A stretch of DNA of 64,000 bases from a virus, in the IMG/VR virus record IMGVR_UViG_3300037483_000453, positions 120,902 through 184,901 of that record; one strand, written 5' to 3'. The notes beneath the pieces are model-generated. The model did no database searches. It saw only the letters and a list, made by a program, of their open reading frames with translations, and was not told the origin of the DNA. Positions 47,096 through 55,515 of the stretch are shown piece by piece (within the stretch, counting starts at the first letter, position 1; every line of letters starts with the position of its first letter). A program made the position numbers and the translations under genes.

Positions 47096-47341
47096 TCACC
47101 CTTCTTTTTTGCTAGCGACTCCACTAGGTAAGACCGCAGGGAACATGGGCACTGTGGTCAGCTTGGGGTTTGTGGGCTCGTCATGGGCCTGTTCCCACCC
47201 TTTTGTGTGACACGCAGCCCCAAAGTGGGTCAGTACACCCTGGATGCCGGCAGGGAGCTTCTCTGGTGTGGTGTCCAGAAGGTCTGCAAGAGCATCTAGT
47301 GCGAGGGGCACCAGAGGGGCCACATCATCTTTGGCATCCAT
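47096..47341 (-). CDS. Hypothetical protein
   Basis: 81-aa ORF. Confidence 0.5.
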   Translation of the reverse strand: MDAKDDVAPLVPLALDALADLLDTTPEKLPAGIQGVLTHFGAACHTKGWEQAHDEPTNPKLTTVPMFPAVLPSGVASKKEG

Positions 47342-47468
47342 GAGCTATTCTACCGCATATGCCTCTTGTCGCTGAAGACCATGCAGTAGGGGTCGGGGCC
47401 TCATCGGGGCCTCATCGGTCTCTACATTCAGCGCACTGAACTAGGTGCTCTAGTTATCCCACATCCCA

Positions 47469-47798
47469 TTACAGCAGGTCGGTGTTCAAAAACTTAGGCA
47501 TGTATTTATCACCAACTTCGATCTGGTGCATGGCCATCATTAGTGATTTGAACTTGTTCCAACTGCCCACGTTGGTGAGCCCCGGGATACATGTCTCATC
47601 GCCACAGACCCCATTGATGTGAATGTCAATGCCAGTGCGACTGAACCGCCCAAGCAGCGCATCGCGGTTGACCCATACGGTTCTCCCATCATAAGAGATC
47701 TCGTAATCATCACCAATAACGACTGTTCTCATCCCATGGTACATTAGCCTCTCCCATTGGTTGCTCTTAGGTTCTAGTACGCTTGGTGAACTCCTCAA
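47469..47798 (-). CDS. Hypothetical protein (start uncertain)
   Basis: DGRTVWVN...GRFSRTGIDIH. Confidence 0.5.
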   Translation of the reverse strand: MRSSPSVLEPKSNQWERLMYHGMRTVVIGDDYEISYDGRTVWVNRDALLGRFSRTGIDIHINGVCGDETCIPGLTNVGSWNKFKSLMMAMHQIEVGDKYMPKFLNTDLL

Positions 47799-47937
47799 TC
47801 TCCTTCTTGGTCAGCATCTTCCAGGCAGCATCCATGTGATCTAGGATCTCTTCCTTTTGTTTGCAGTTGGCATCACGGGGGAGCTTAGCCAGGCGACGGT
47901 AAAGTTGTATGTAGTCTTGGAGATACTTAGGCATCAT
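47767..47937 (-). CDS. Small hypothetical protein
   Basis: GGAG RBS; ATGA overlap. Confidence 0.5.
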   Translation of the reverse strand: MMPKYLQDYIQLYRRLAKLPRDANCKQKEEILDHMDAAWKMLTKKEIEEFTKRTRT

Positions 47938-48146
47938 TGGCTCCACCCTGTGAGAGCGGAGAGCAGCGTTGCGCACTCGTTGCAATCAGCGGCGTGCTCG
48001 CGAGCGAGCAAGATCGTCGTAGTCGCCAGTCCGCCCGAGGACATATACGCTTCCCAGTCAGCAGCGGAGCCGGGGTAAGAGCGGATCGCTCGCGTAAACT
48101 GCACGTGACTGCACAGGCCTACGTTTTCGGTTTCTGTATCAGCCAT
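47934..48146 (-). CDS. Small hypothetical protein
   Basis: GGAGA RBS within a conserved linker. Confidence 0.5.
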   Translation of the reverse strand: MADTETENVGLCSHVQFTRAIRSYPGSAADWEAYMSSGGLATTTILLAREHAADCNECATLLSALTGWSQ

Positions 48147-48179
48147 CTTTCTGTCTCCGTGTGTGATTTGTGCCGGCTA

Positions 48180-48821
48180 CTATTCCGTGGTCCGCAGCGC
48201 CGCCACGATGTCCGCACGATTCGTATATGACGAAAAGTCGGGCATCGGTAGCCCGTAGACGTGCAGCAGCAGTGCGGCAGCGGTGGGCACGTTGTAGCCG
48301 TGATCTCCTCCGCCAAGGTGGCAAGCCCACCCTGCCACGCAGCACGGGGTGCCGCAGTGCGGGTCTGCGCTACCGTCGCCCCACTCCAGCTGGTCGTGCA
48401 AGTGGGGGTACGCCTCGATGTGGTCGGCGACTGCTAGCCGCAGTGCCCGCGGGTCGCCGTGCAGCTGGGGCAGGCCCTCGACACCGTCGAGCTCGGCACC
48501 GGTGAGGTAGGGTCCCTCGTAGCGCGGGCAGGGCAGACCGGCGTTGAGAGCCTCCCGGCACGCCGTGGCGTACGCGATTACTGCGGTACGTGGGTCAGTG
48601 CTGATCGTGGTCATTTTTCGTGTCTCCTGCATGTGCAGGGCCTCCCTGCGGGCGGCTGCCATTCGCGCCTCGTGGTTGGACCCCGGCATCTGCTTGGCGG
48701 TGGCTGCGCGGATGAACCCGATGTAGACCCTGTCGCTGTACCGGTACCCGGGGGTGTGGCCATCTACGCGCTGGATCCACTGATCGTCGTTGATGATTTC
48801 TCTGTCAGCTGCTTCAGTCAT
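48180..48821 (-). CDS. Hypothetical protein
   Basis: AGGAGG RBS; C-terminal QLEW...CGTPCCVAGWA. Confidence 0.6.
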   Translation of the reverse strand: MTEAADREIINDDQWIQRVDGHTPGYRYSDRVYIGFIRAATAKQMPGSNHEARMAAARREALHMQETRKMTTISTDPRTAVIAYATACREALNAGLPCPRYEGPYLTGAELDGVEGLPQLHGDPRALRLAVADHIEAYPHLHDQLEWGDGSADPHCGTPCCVAGWACHLGGGDHGYNVPTAAALLLHVYGLPMPDFSSYTNRADIVAALRTTE

Positions 48822-48899
48822 TTTCTACCTCCTGTGTGTTTATTTGTGCTGGCTACACGATCTACCGCCCGACTCTGCGTCGGGCGGTAGGTCCTGGGG

Positions 48900-49151
48900 T
48901 CAGCCGCGACGCCTCTCCCGGTACGCCCAATAGTCGCGGTTGGCAGAATACTCCGAATACCGGCCGTCGCCGTCGATGCCGGCAACCATCCTCTGTCCGT
49001 CCGAGCGGTAGATCGCGCGGTCCGAGTAGCTGCCCTGCGACGCGCAGCCGGCCTGGTCCGCCTCCAGGCACCGCACGGCTCCCGTCATCGTGCGGTGCGT
49101 CACCCCGCAGCAGCCTCTCACGTCACCCTCGCATGTGTATGTATCGGTCAT
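48900..49151 (-). CDS. Hypothetical protein
   Basis: AGGAG RBS; TYTCEGDVRGCCGVTHRT. Confidence 0.6.
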   Translation of the reverse strand: MTDTYTCEGDVRGCCGVTHRTMTGAVRCLEADQAGCASQGSYSDRAIYRSDGQRMVAGIDGDGRYSEYSANRDYWAYRERRRG

Positions 49152-49200
49152 CGTCTCTTCTCCTGTGTGTGTGTGTGTGGATTTGTGCTGACTACACGAT

Positions 49201-49737
49201 CTACTGGGCTGCATCCCATAGCGCCTGGATCTCGTCCCGCAGATCGTCTATGTCCACGAGCATGTCATCCTGCGCGGCGGCTGAGACGTAGTGGTCGACG
49301 ACGGCATCGACCCCAGCAGCGCGCACCTCGTCGACGACCACATCACGCACCGGGTACAGATAGTCCGCTGCCTGCCACCTGTGAGCGACCTCGGTGCCGT
49401 GTGCAGTCGCAGCGCGCACCGCCTCGGCGAATGCGTCGATCGTGGTCTCAGGGGAGCCGATACCGCCGATAGCCGCGTCTCGGTCGGCGTGTAGGGCCGC
49501 GATGGCCGCCAGGTCGTCGGCCTGCGTCTCCAGCCACCTGCCCAGCGATGCCGGGTCAGTCGCGCCCGGGACGCTGCCGAGGTGGACGTGCTCGCCGCGC
49601 TGGACTGCCTGGGTCCAGCCTATGTTGCCAGGCCCGGAGCGATCGTAGACGTGTGGCACGTCGCCGGACGGATCCAGGTAGATGCGCACCGTGTCGCCGT
49701 GGGACCAGGGGCCGAGGTCGTGTGTGGTTTTCTTCAT
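49201..49737 (-). CDS. Hypothetical acidic protein
   Basis: AGGAGA RBS. Confidence 0.6.
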   Translation of the reverse strand: MKKTTHDLGPWSHGDTVRIYLDPSGDVPHVYDRSGPGNIGWTQAVQRGEHVHLGSVPGATDPASLGRWLETQADDLAAIAALHADRDAAIGGIGSPETTIDAFAEAVRAATAHGTEVAHRWQAADYLYPVRDVVVDEVRAAGVDAVVDHYVSAAAQDDMLVDIDDLRDEIQALWDAAQ

Positions 49738-49774
49738 CGGTGTCTCCTGCGTGTGTGTTGGGTAGGTCCTGTGG

Positions 49775-50008
49775 TCAGCGCTCGATCGCGGCGGTCACAA
49801 GGTCCGCGCGGGGCGCACATAGCACCGCATCCACGAAGTCTATCGGGCCATTGGGTCCAGGCCGGCACGGCCGACCAGCCCGCATGCAGTCCCGCGCTGT
49901 GATAGCAGCGCGCATGTCGGGATAAGGCCCGACGTAGTACACGTGGTCGTATGGGTGCGACTCTCGGTCGTCCCGCACGTAGTACCCCCGCTTGGCGTAA
50001 CGTATCAT
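49775..50008 (-). CDS. Hypothetical protein
   Basis: ATGA overlap. Confidence 0.55.
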   Translation of the reverse strand: MIRYAKRGYYVRDDRESHPYDHVYYVGPYPDMRAAITARDCMRAGRPCRPGPNGPIDFVDAVLCAPRADLVTAAIER

Positions 50009-50493
50009 GACTGCCCCCCGCCCTCGACTACCGCCAGCGCCGCGCGCAGTGACGCGAGTGCTAGCGCCTCGACCTGCCTATCGAACTCCGCCCGCAGCCG
50101 CGCTACCTCCCACAGGTAATCCGCCCGCAGCGTCGCACGCTCGATCGCCGCTCGCAGCGTCGCACGCTCGAACTCCGCTCGCAGCGACTTGAACTGTTGA
50201 TCGAGCTCTGCCCACAGCGCCTTACGCGCCTCCGTCAGCTTAGGCGTGACGCGTGCGGTCGCCAGTGCGTGCACGATCTCGATCTCTATATCCCGGTCTC
50301 GCCAGCCTCCCGCGTCCGACCACGTGAGTGCAAGCGCCTGGAGCACGGGGCACGGGTGAGCGGCCTCGTGGGTCCTGCCCTCGACTACCGCCAGCGCCGT
50401 GAGGGCGCAGGCCGTGTGCGTCGACGGGCTTCCTGCGCCCGCAACAAACTCCCAACCTTCGAGTCGCTCGCGTACTTGCTCGATTGTGATCAT
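50005..50493 (-). CDS. Hypothetical protein with internal repeats
   Basis: AAGGAG RBS; ERATLRA x2, ALAVVEG x2. Confidence 0.55.
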   Translation of the reverse strand: MITIEQVRERLEGWEFVAGAGSPSTHTACALTALAVVEGRTHEAAHPCPVLQALALTWSDAGGWRDRDIEIEIVHALATARVTPKLTEARKALWAELDQQFKSLRAEFERATLRAAIERATLRADYLWEVARLRAEFDRQVEALALASLRAALAVVEGGGQS

Positions 50494-50551
50494 GATTACT
50501 CTCCTTCGTCGTCATAGCCGAGCTCGGGGTGGCCTACTTGGCAAGTACCAG

Positions 50552-51541
50552 TTATGGCCTGTAGCCACCGGCAAATCCACGGTCGGGGTCGCCGTATAGG
50601 TCGCCCAGCCCCTGCGACGGTGCCCAAAATCGGAGAAAGGCCACAACTTGTTCCGCCGACCCAGAACATGTGTATTTCATTCTTCCGTCCGGTCCGATCA
50701 ATGGGCCAGATATGTAGCCGATACCCGTCCGAGTGGCGGCCTCGAGCAGCTCTGGGATCGGTGTTTCGCGGCGCATATTCGCCACCTCTATCTTCTCCAG
50801 CTGGCACCGCGGGCACCCCTTTTTAACAGGGTGGGTGTCATGGTCCTCACATCCGACCCACTCTTGCAGTAGTGTTATACGCGGGGCTTGTTGGAGTGCG
50901 GATGTCGCAGCTTCGACATCCGCAAGGACACACGCCACCGTTCTCCCATGGCACTCGGCACGTGACTCCGCACGCCATTGCATTAGCTCATCCGGGTCTA
51001 CCCCGGGACATTTGCCCTGGTATGCCGCACCGAGACAATGATCTGCCGCTGCGGTCAGTACCAGATCGCGGGGCACACGGGCGAACATCCCAGACGGAAG
51101 CACCACAACCGGGTCACATCGATCGATGGAGGACGAAGCGCTTTGCCAGTTTCTAGGTAGTACGTCCAACCTCGCTAGCTCGTTGATCACTTGCCCGATC
51201 GACGAGGCGCGCATGAACGCCGCTGGCCGCACACCGAAGCCCGGGTCGCCAGGTCGATGGTGGTCGATGGTGACGATCTCGGGGATGTCTTCGCGCCCCA
51301 GCGAGGTCGGCTCTGGGTAGAGCACCACGCACTCGACTAGATACCACGTTTCTGGGGTGTGCAGTGCACCGTAGCCGTTTATGTAGCGGTGTACTACGCC
51401 ACGGTATGCATTGTACGGACGTACGCGTTGTTCGGCGGCATCGAGCGCGTGCGCGACATATTCGCCGCACCCTAGTAGCAGCCGCTCGATGGCGTCCATC
51501 TCAGGGTCGCTAGCTCCGAGAATCCATATGCGATCAGTCAT
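50552..51541 (-). CDS. DHH-motif-containing hypothetical protein
   Basis: ILGASDPEM, TIDHHRPGD, ASSIGQV, AAADHCL. Confidence 0.6.
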   Translation of the reverse strand: MTDRIWILGASDPEMDAIERLLLGCGEYVAHALDAAEQRVRPYNAYRGVVHRYINGYGALHTPETWYLVECVVLYPEPTSLGREDIPEIVTIDHHRPGDPGFGVRPAAFMRASSIGQVINELARLDVLPRNWQSASSSIDRCDPVVVLPSGMFARVPRDLVLTAAADHCLGAAYQGKCPGVDPDELMQWRAESRAECHGRTVACVLADVEAATSALQQAPRITLLQEWVGCEDHDTHPVKKGCPRCQLEKIEVANMRRETPIPELLEAATRTGIGYISGPLIGPDGRMKYTCSGSAEQVVAFLRFWAPSQGLGDLYGDPDRGFAGGYRP

Positions 51542-52551
51542 GATATCTCTCCTACTTTCTTCCACCGAGGTGTGCAGAGGGATTCAACTTCTATTTTTCT
51601 GAAGAGGTGGCTTTTCAGTGCGTCTCCGTGCCACGCTATCTGGCGAGCGGTACAGAGGCATCCTCGCGGGGTCCCGGCCCAACCGCAGGGGCATGGGTTC
51701 GCGGCGGCTATAACGTACAGGTCTGGATCGGCGCGCATGCGATGCTCCACAGCAGCCACCACATCTCGCCGGAACTCCGGCAGTTCATCCAGGAAGAGCA
51801 CGCCGTGGCGCGCGAGATCCAACTCCCCAGGACGTGTGCCATTACCCCGGATCGCGGCAACCGAACATGTATGGTGTGGTGCGCGGAAGGGTCTGTGCAC
51901 GTCCTCCCACATGCTCGGCACGTGCTGTCCAACCGCGTCAAACGTAACTGCTATTTGTAGGGCATCTCTGCGTAACAGGGGTGGCATCAACGACACCACT
52001 CGTCTGGCGATCATAGTCTTGCCAACTCCGGGAGGTCCGATCAGCATCACGGGCTCCCGTCTATCTAGGGCGCTCGTGACGTCGGCGAGTGTCGAGAAGA
52101 GGTCCTTGATATCGGCGAACGTGGGTTGCTCCCGGCGCGGTGCCGGAATCCGCATCGGCCGCGACAGGTGTAGGCCGCTCGTGAAATGAGCTACCAGTTC
52201 TCGAAGCGTGTGTGCCTCGCAGATGTCGCAATCTCCGAGCAACGCAGCGGATGAATTGACCGGAACGACCATCGGGCCAGCCCCCTTACTGAGAATCTGC
52301 AAGAGCCCTGGGAAGACTTTCAATGTGCCTCCCAACGTCAGATTCCCAAACACCTCTTTATTCCCTGTATCCACACCTAGCATGGCGAGTGCTATCCCAG
52401 CATCTCGGGCGTATAACGGCGTCTCTGACTGCCGCACGCAAACATCTCGCAGCGGAACCAAACCCACAGCATATATCGCGCTCAGCACACGCACGCGGGT
52501 CTCGCGCGCTTGGTTCTCGGGGTATCCCCGGATCTCTAGAGTGGCTGTCAT
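51538..52551 (-). CDS. Shortened ComM/YifB (Mg-chelatase-related) AAA+ ATPase
   Basis: GPPGVGKT, PFRAPHHT, RPGELDLARHGVLFLDELPEF, AANPCPCG. Confidence 0.85.
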   Translation of the reverse strand: MTATLEIRGYPENQARETRVRVLSAIYAVGLVPLRDVCVRQSETPLYARDAGIALAMLGVDTGNKEVFGNLTLGGTLKVFPGLLQILSKGAGPMVVPVNSSAALLGDCDICEAHTLRELVAHFTSGLHLSRPMRIPAPRREQPTFADIKDLFSTLADVTSALDRREPVMLIGPPGVGKTMIARRVVSLMPPLLRRDALQIAVTFDAVGQHVPSMWEDVHRPFRAPHHTCSVAAIRGNGTRPGELDLARHGVLFLDELPEFRRDVVAAVEHRMRADPDLYVIAAANPCPCGWAGTPRGCLCTARQIAWHGDALKSHLFRKIEVESLCTPRWKKVGEIS

Positions 52552-52612
52552 CTGTCTCCCCGCTTTCCCTCTGGTAACTGGCGCGGTGCTCGGGCGCATG
52601 CTCCGTGCACCC

Positions 52613-52930
52613 TCACTTCACATTCTCACGCACCAGTTTCATGACCTGCCGCAGCACGTCGTTTGGCAGGTCCTTCCAAACCACATTGTGGAGGTATCGT
52701 GCACGGTTTTGGGCATCGATCGCTTCGAGAGTCGGGGTCGGAACATCGTTTATGGACTTGATGAATGTTCTGTTCCATTTCTCCCTCGGATAGGGGCTAC
52801 CTTGGTGGTTCCACTTCGAGCCGCCTCGCGTCTCGACAAAGCGCTTCGTCACCCGAGTGACCTCGGAGAAGGACCCGCCGATACTGTTGCCAAAAATAAC
52901 CACTTTTTGCCCAACAACGAAGTCACTCAT
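52613..52930 (-). CDS. Hypothetical protein
   Basis: GAGG RBS; FVVGQKVVI. Confidence 0.55.
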   Translation of the reverse strand: MSDFVVGQKVVIFGNSIGGSFSEVTRVTKRFVETRGGSKWNHQGSPYPREKWNRTFIKSINDVPTPTLEAIDAQNRARYLHNVVWKDLPNDVLRQVMKLVRENVK

Positions 52931-52939
52931 AGCATCACC

Positions 52940-53242
52940 TCATTCAGTACTATGGTCGGTTTCATGTTGCCCCCGTTTCGCTAGTGCACTCTCGATCTTG
53001 GCCGCCACCGCGCGGCCAGCCGGGGTGATCCTGACTATCTCCGAACCCTCGACCTCGATCCAATCATCCATCAACGCGAGTAGCCTGAAGTAGGCGTCCA
53101 GCGTGTAGACCTCCGTGTCGATCGACTGCAGCGCGGTGTAGATGTGCCCAGGCGGGAGCCAGCCTTCCGGCGTCGCCGCGAGTTCCGTCAGTATCGCGCA
53201 GACCGCGATCTTAGCTTCTTCATACTGAGGCTTAGTCGACAT
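52940..53242 (-). CDS. Winged-helix-like small protein
   Basis: Helical core then VRITPAGR wing. Confidence 0.5.
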   Translation of the reverse strand: MSTKPQYEEAKIAVCAILTELAATPEGWLPPGHIYTALQSIDTEVYTLDAYFRLLALMDDWIEVEGSEIVRITPAGRAVAAKIESALAKRGQHETDHSTE

Positions 53243-53537
53243 ACACCCATCCTTCTTTGGTCATAGCGTAGTGCCCATGTTCGAACTTTGTACGGGCCTG
53301 ATAGTAGAAGAGTTCGACGCCTAACATCATGCCCGCTCCTTTGGCGGCAATCTTTAGGGAGGTGAAGAACCCCTCTACATCGTAGGCAAGATACCCAGGC
53401 TTTCCTTTAGAAAGTGTGAGCGTTGCTCGTCCCTTTTTGTCCAAGACGAACTGGGAGGTAAAGGAGGGTGGTAGTGCATCGAGGAACTCGTCAAGCTGAT
53501 TGTTGTTAATCAGCGTGATGGCCTGCTGGAAGTTCAT
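53232..53537 (-). CDS. Hypothetical protein
   Basis: GGAGGAG RBS. Confidence 0.55.
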   Translation of the reverse strand: MNFQQAITLINNNQLDEFLDALPPSFTSQFVLDKKGRATLTLSKGKPGYLAYDVEGFFTSLKIAAKGAGMMLGVELFYYQARTKFEHGHYAMTKEGWVYVD

Positions 53538-53643
53538 GGTTACTCCTCCAGGGCTGGGTCCCGCACTACGTTGAAAGGCAGTAGGTGGTCAGCGTAAGCG
53601 AAGGATGCCCACCACCACTGTGAGCCGACAGTGAAGGTGTCTT

Positions 53644-53871
53644 TCATGAGTGGTTCTTCTCGTCGGTCAAGAAGTAGCCCGCGCAGAGGAGATATGCATC
53701 TCGCTCGCAGAAGGTGTAAGGCACACCTTTCCATGTGGTGGCCCTCTGCAAACAAGAGTAGGCTGCCTCGAATATCTCCTTGTTGCTCTCTCGCGGGTCG
53801 CCTCGCTGTATGTAGTCGTAGAACTCTTCTATCATCTCTTCTACGATGTCCTTGTTCATCTTCGTATCCAT
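53644..53871 (-). CDS. Hypothetical protein
   Basis: GGAGG RBS. Confidence 0.55.
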   Translation of the reverse strand: MDTKMNKDIVEEMIEEFYDYIQRGDPRESNKEIFEAAYSCLQRATTWKGVPYTFCERDAYLLCAGYFLTDEKNHS

Positions 53872-53897
53872 CTCTACCTCCCCCGTGGAATCCCACG

Positions 53898-54185
53898 TTA
53901 GTAGTTCTTCATTTCGGAAGCGAAGAGCTCGGAGAGTCCTTCCTTCAAGCTGTCAACTTTCCTGTAGGCTCGCTTGAGCGAAGAGTCTGCTTCGCCAGCA
54001 CACTTCTGTAGCTTAGCCAGTTCGTTACCGAGCCTGTTCACTTCAGACTGCTTTTGACGGACTTCAGACTTGGCCACCTTCAGCGACGCATAGCGCTTTT
54101 CGAAAGGCGTCATATTCTCTTCCTGTGAGTTGCTCTCTTCATTGATAAAGTCTGATATTGCGTCTCTTGACATGTGGTCCTCCAT
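53898..54185 (-). CDS. Coiled-coil hypothetical protein
   Basis: GATAAGA motif at 54189; heptads. Confidence 0.55.
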   Translation of the reverse strand: MEDHMSRDAISDFINEESNSQEENMTPFEKRYASLKVAKSEVRQKQSEVNRLGNELAKLQKCAGEADSSLKRAYRKVDSLKEGLSELFASEMKNY

Positions 54186-54208
54186 GATTCTTATCTCAGG
54201 TGGGTAAA

Positions 54209-54238
54209 GAAAAGCGCAGCCCCGAAGGGCTGCGCTTT
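54209..54238 (-). terminator. Intrinsic terminator
   Basis: AAAGCGCAGCCC-TTCG-GGGCTGCGCTTT then TCTTT on the minus strand. Confidence 0.75.
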
Positions 54239-54242
54239 CCCG

Positions 54243-54422
54243 CTACGCGGTGGGCTGGGGAACACCGACAACGGTGGGCTCGGGGACAGCCTCGGTGTAG
54301 ACGTGGGTGGTCTTGGCCTTGGAGTAGGCCCACTTCCCAGCGGTGAACGTGTCGATGCCGGCCCGCACCGAGGCGAGGGCGATGAGGGCGTACTTTCCGT
54401 AGATCATGGCTTGGTTGAGCAT
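54243..54422 (-). CDS. 59-aa hypothetical protein (below the ORF-track cut-off)
   Basis: MLNQAMIYGKYALIALASVRAGIDTFTAGKWAY..., ends just before the terminator. Confidence 0.5.
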   Translation of the reverse strand: MLNQAMIYGKYALIALASVRAGIDTFTAGKWAYSKAKTTHVYTEAVPEPTVVGVPQPTA

Positions 54423-54506
54423 TGTCTTATTTTCTAGAGTCCACGGGATTGTGGAAGCTCTGTCTCCTTCTAGTACTCTTATCCCATATTGACCCTCGTT
54501 TTTGCG

Positions 54507-54728
54507 TTACCGCTGCCGTAAAGCCTGTGTTAGCTCGCGGACAGCGCGGGTGTTTTCCTCCGTAGCCCTCGTGGCAGTCTGGTAGTTCGCGGCCACCTTT
54601 TCGAGGGCAAGGATGAGCCGTGTGTTTTGTTCTTGCCTTGGGACCGGTGATGCGGAAGCGAAGCACACACACACCAGGCTGGTGTAGATGATGAGCACTG
54701 CTATGCATAGACGAGTTTGTGTAGACAT
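54507..54728 (-). CDS. Small membrane-anchored coiled-coil protein
   Basis: AAGGAGA RBS; TM segment then heptads. Confidence 0.55.
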   Translation of the reverse strand: MSTQTRLCIAVLIIYTSLVCVCFASASPVPRQEQNTRLILALEKVAANYQTATRATEENTRAVRELTQALRQR

Positions 54729-54754
54729 GGTTGTGTCTCCTTCTACTACTCTTA

Positions 54755-55147
54755 TCACTGGCCGAACTGGTGAATGACAAAGCCACTGGATTGACACATC
54801 TTCAGAGTGTTTCTTGTGCCCCGACTTTGCGGCAATAGGAAAACCCCTGCGTGCACCTCCACACCAAGGCGCATGTTAGCAACGCCGACATCAACCATCT
54901 GTTTGTTACGCTTGGGACCCGCGCTTACATCGTACTGCCCATTAGGGCGCCAGTTCGCTGGAAACCTAACCACTGTGAATCCAAGGTCTGCTGCATAGTG
55001 GTTCGCTATGGCATCAGCGCCCGAGGCACATTTGCCATGGATGACTAGCGTCCAGTCTGGATCGAATAGCTTAAGCAACTGGATTATTGGCTTCTCATCA
55101 TCCCAGTCCCTTGATCCAGAGATGAGTAGTAGCTTGTCATTACGCAT
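54755..55147 (-). CDS. SLOG-superfamily (YspA/DUF2493-like) protein
   Basis: LISGSRDW, VIHG..SGAD, FPANW, AGPKRNKQM, SRGT. Confidence 0.8.
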   Translation of the reverse strand: MRNDKLLLISGSRDWDDEKPIIQLLKLFDPDWTLVIHGKCASGADAIANHYAADLGFTVVRFPANWRPNGQYDVSAGPKRNKQMVDVGVANMRLGVEVHAGVFLLPQSRGTRNTLKMCQSSGFVIHQFGQ

Positions 55148-55150
55148 ACA

Positions 55151-55348
55151 CTAGCTTTTCTTACTAGCGGGCGTGACCACTGCAATCCGGGTGGGTGTTA
55201 CTTCCCACTCTTCATCAGACTTGGGGTTCCGAAGGGAGACGCGAATCTCCCATTCAGTGATCTGCGCGGCACTGAAGAGGGCCTCCAGCGTCGCTGTAAG
55301 TAGCCTGCTAAGTGCAGGGGGGTGTGGCTTATCTCCAAGGAAGCTCAT
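55151..55348 (-). CDS. Small hypothetical protein
   Basis: ATGA overlap. Confidence 0.5.
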   Translation of the reverse strand: MSFLGDKPHPPALSRLLTATLEALFSAAQITEWEIRVSLRNPKSDEEWEVTPTRIAVVTPASKKS

Positions 55349-55515
55349 ACTCCCACTTCCGGGGCCTCATCGGTCTCCAGGGCTTCAATGACGTCATTAT
55401 TGAAGTGCTCTGAGACCAGCTCATAGACGCCAGGTACCTGGGTTACCAGATACTCAACGCCCCACGTGCCCGCTATACTTAGTAGCATCTCATCGAAGCG
55501 TTCTTGCTCGATCAT
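55345..55515 (-). CDS. 56-aa acidic hypothetical protein
   Basis: ATGA overlap with the thyX stop; [12 protein letters not shown]. Confidence 0.5.
   Translation of the reverse strand: MIEQERFDEMLLSIAGTWGVEYLVTQVPGVYELVSEHFNNDVIEALETDEAPEVGV

Larger units (their letters stand above)
48166..49777 (-). repeat. Dispersed conserved intergenic linkers
   Basis: ATTTGTGCTGRCTACACGATCTAC at 48842-48865 and 49181-49204, partial at 48166-48180; GGTAGGTCCTGKGGTCAGC at 48886-48904 and 49759-49777. Confidence 0.85.
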
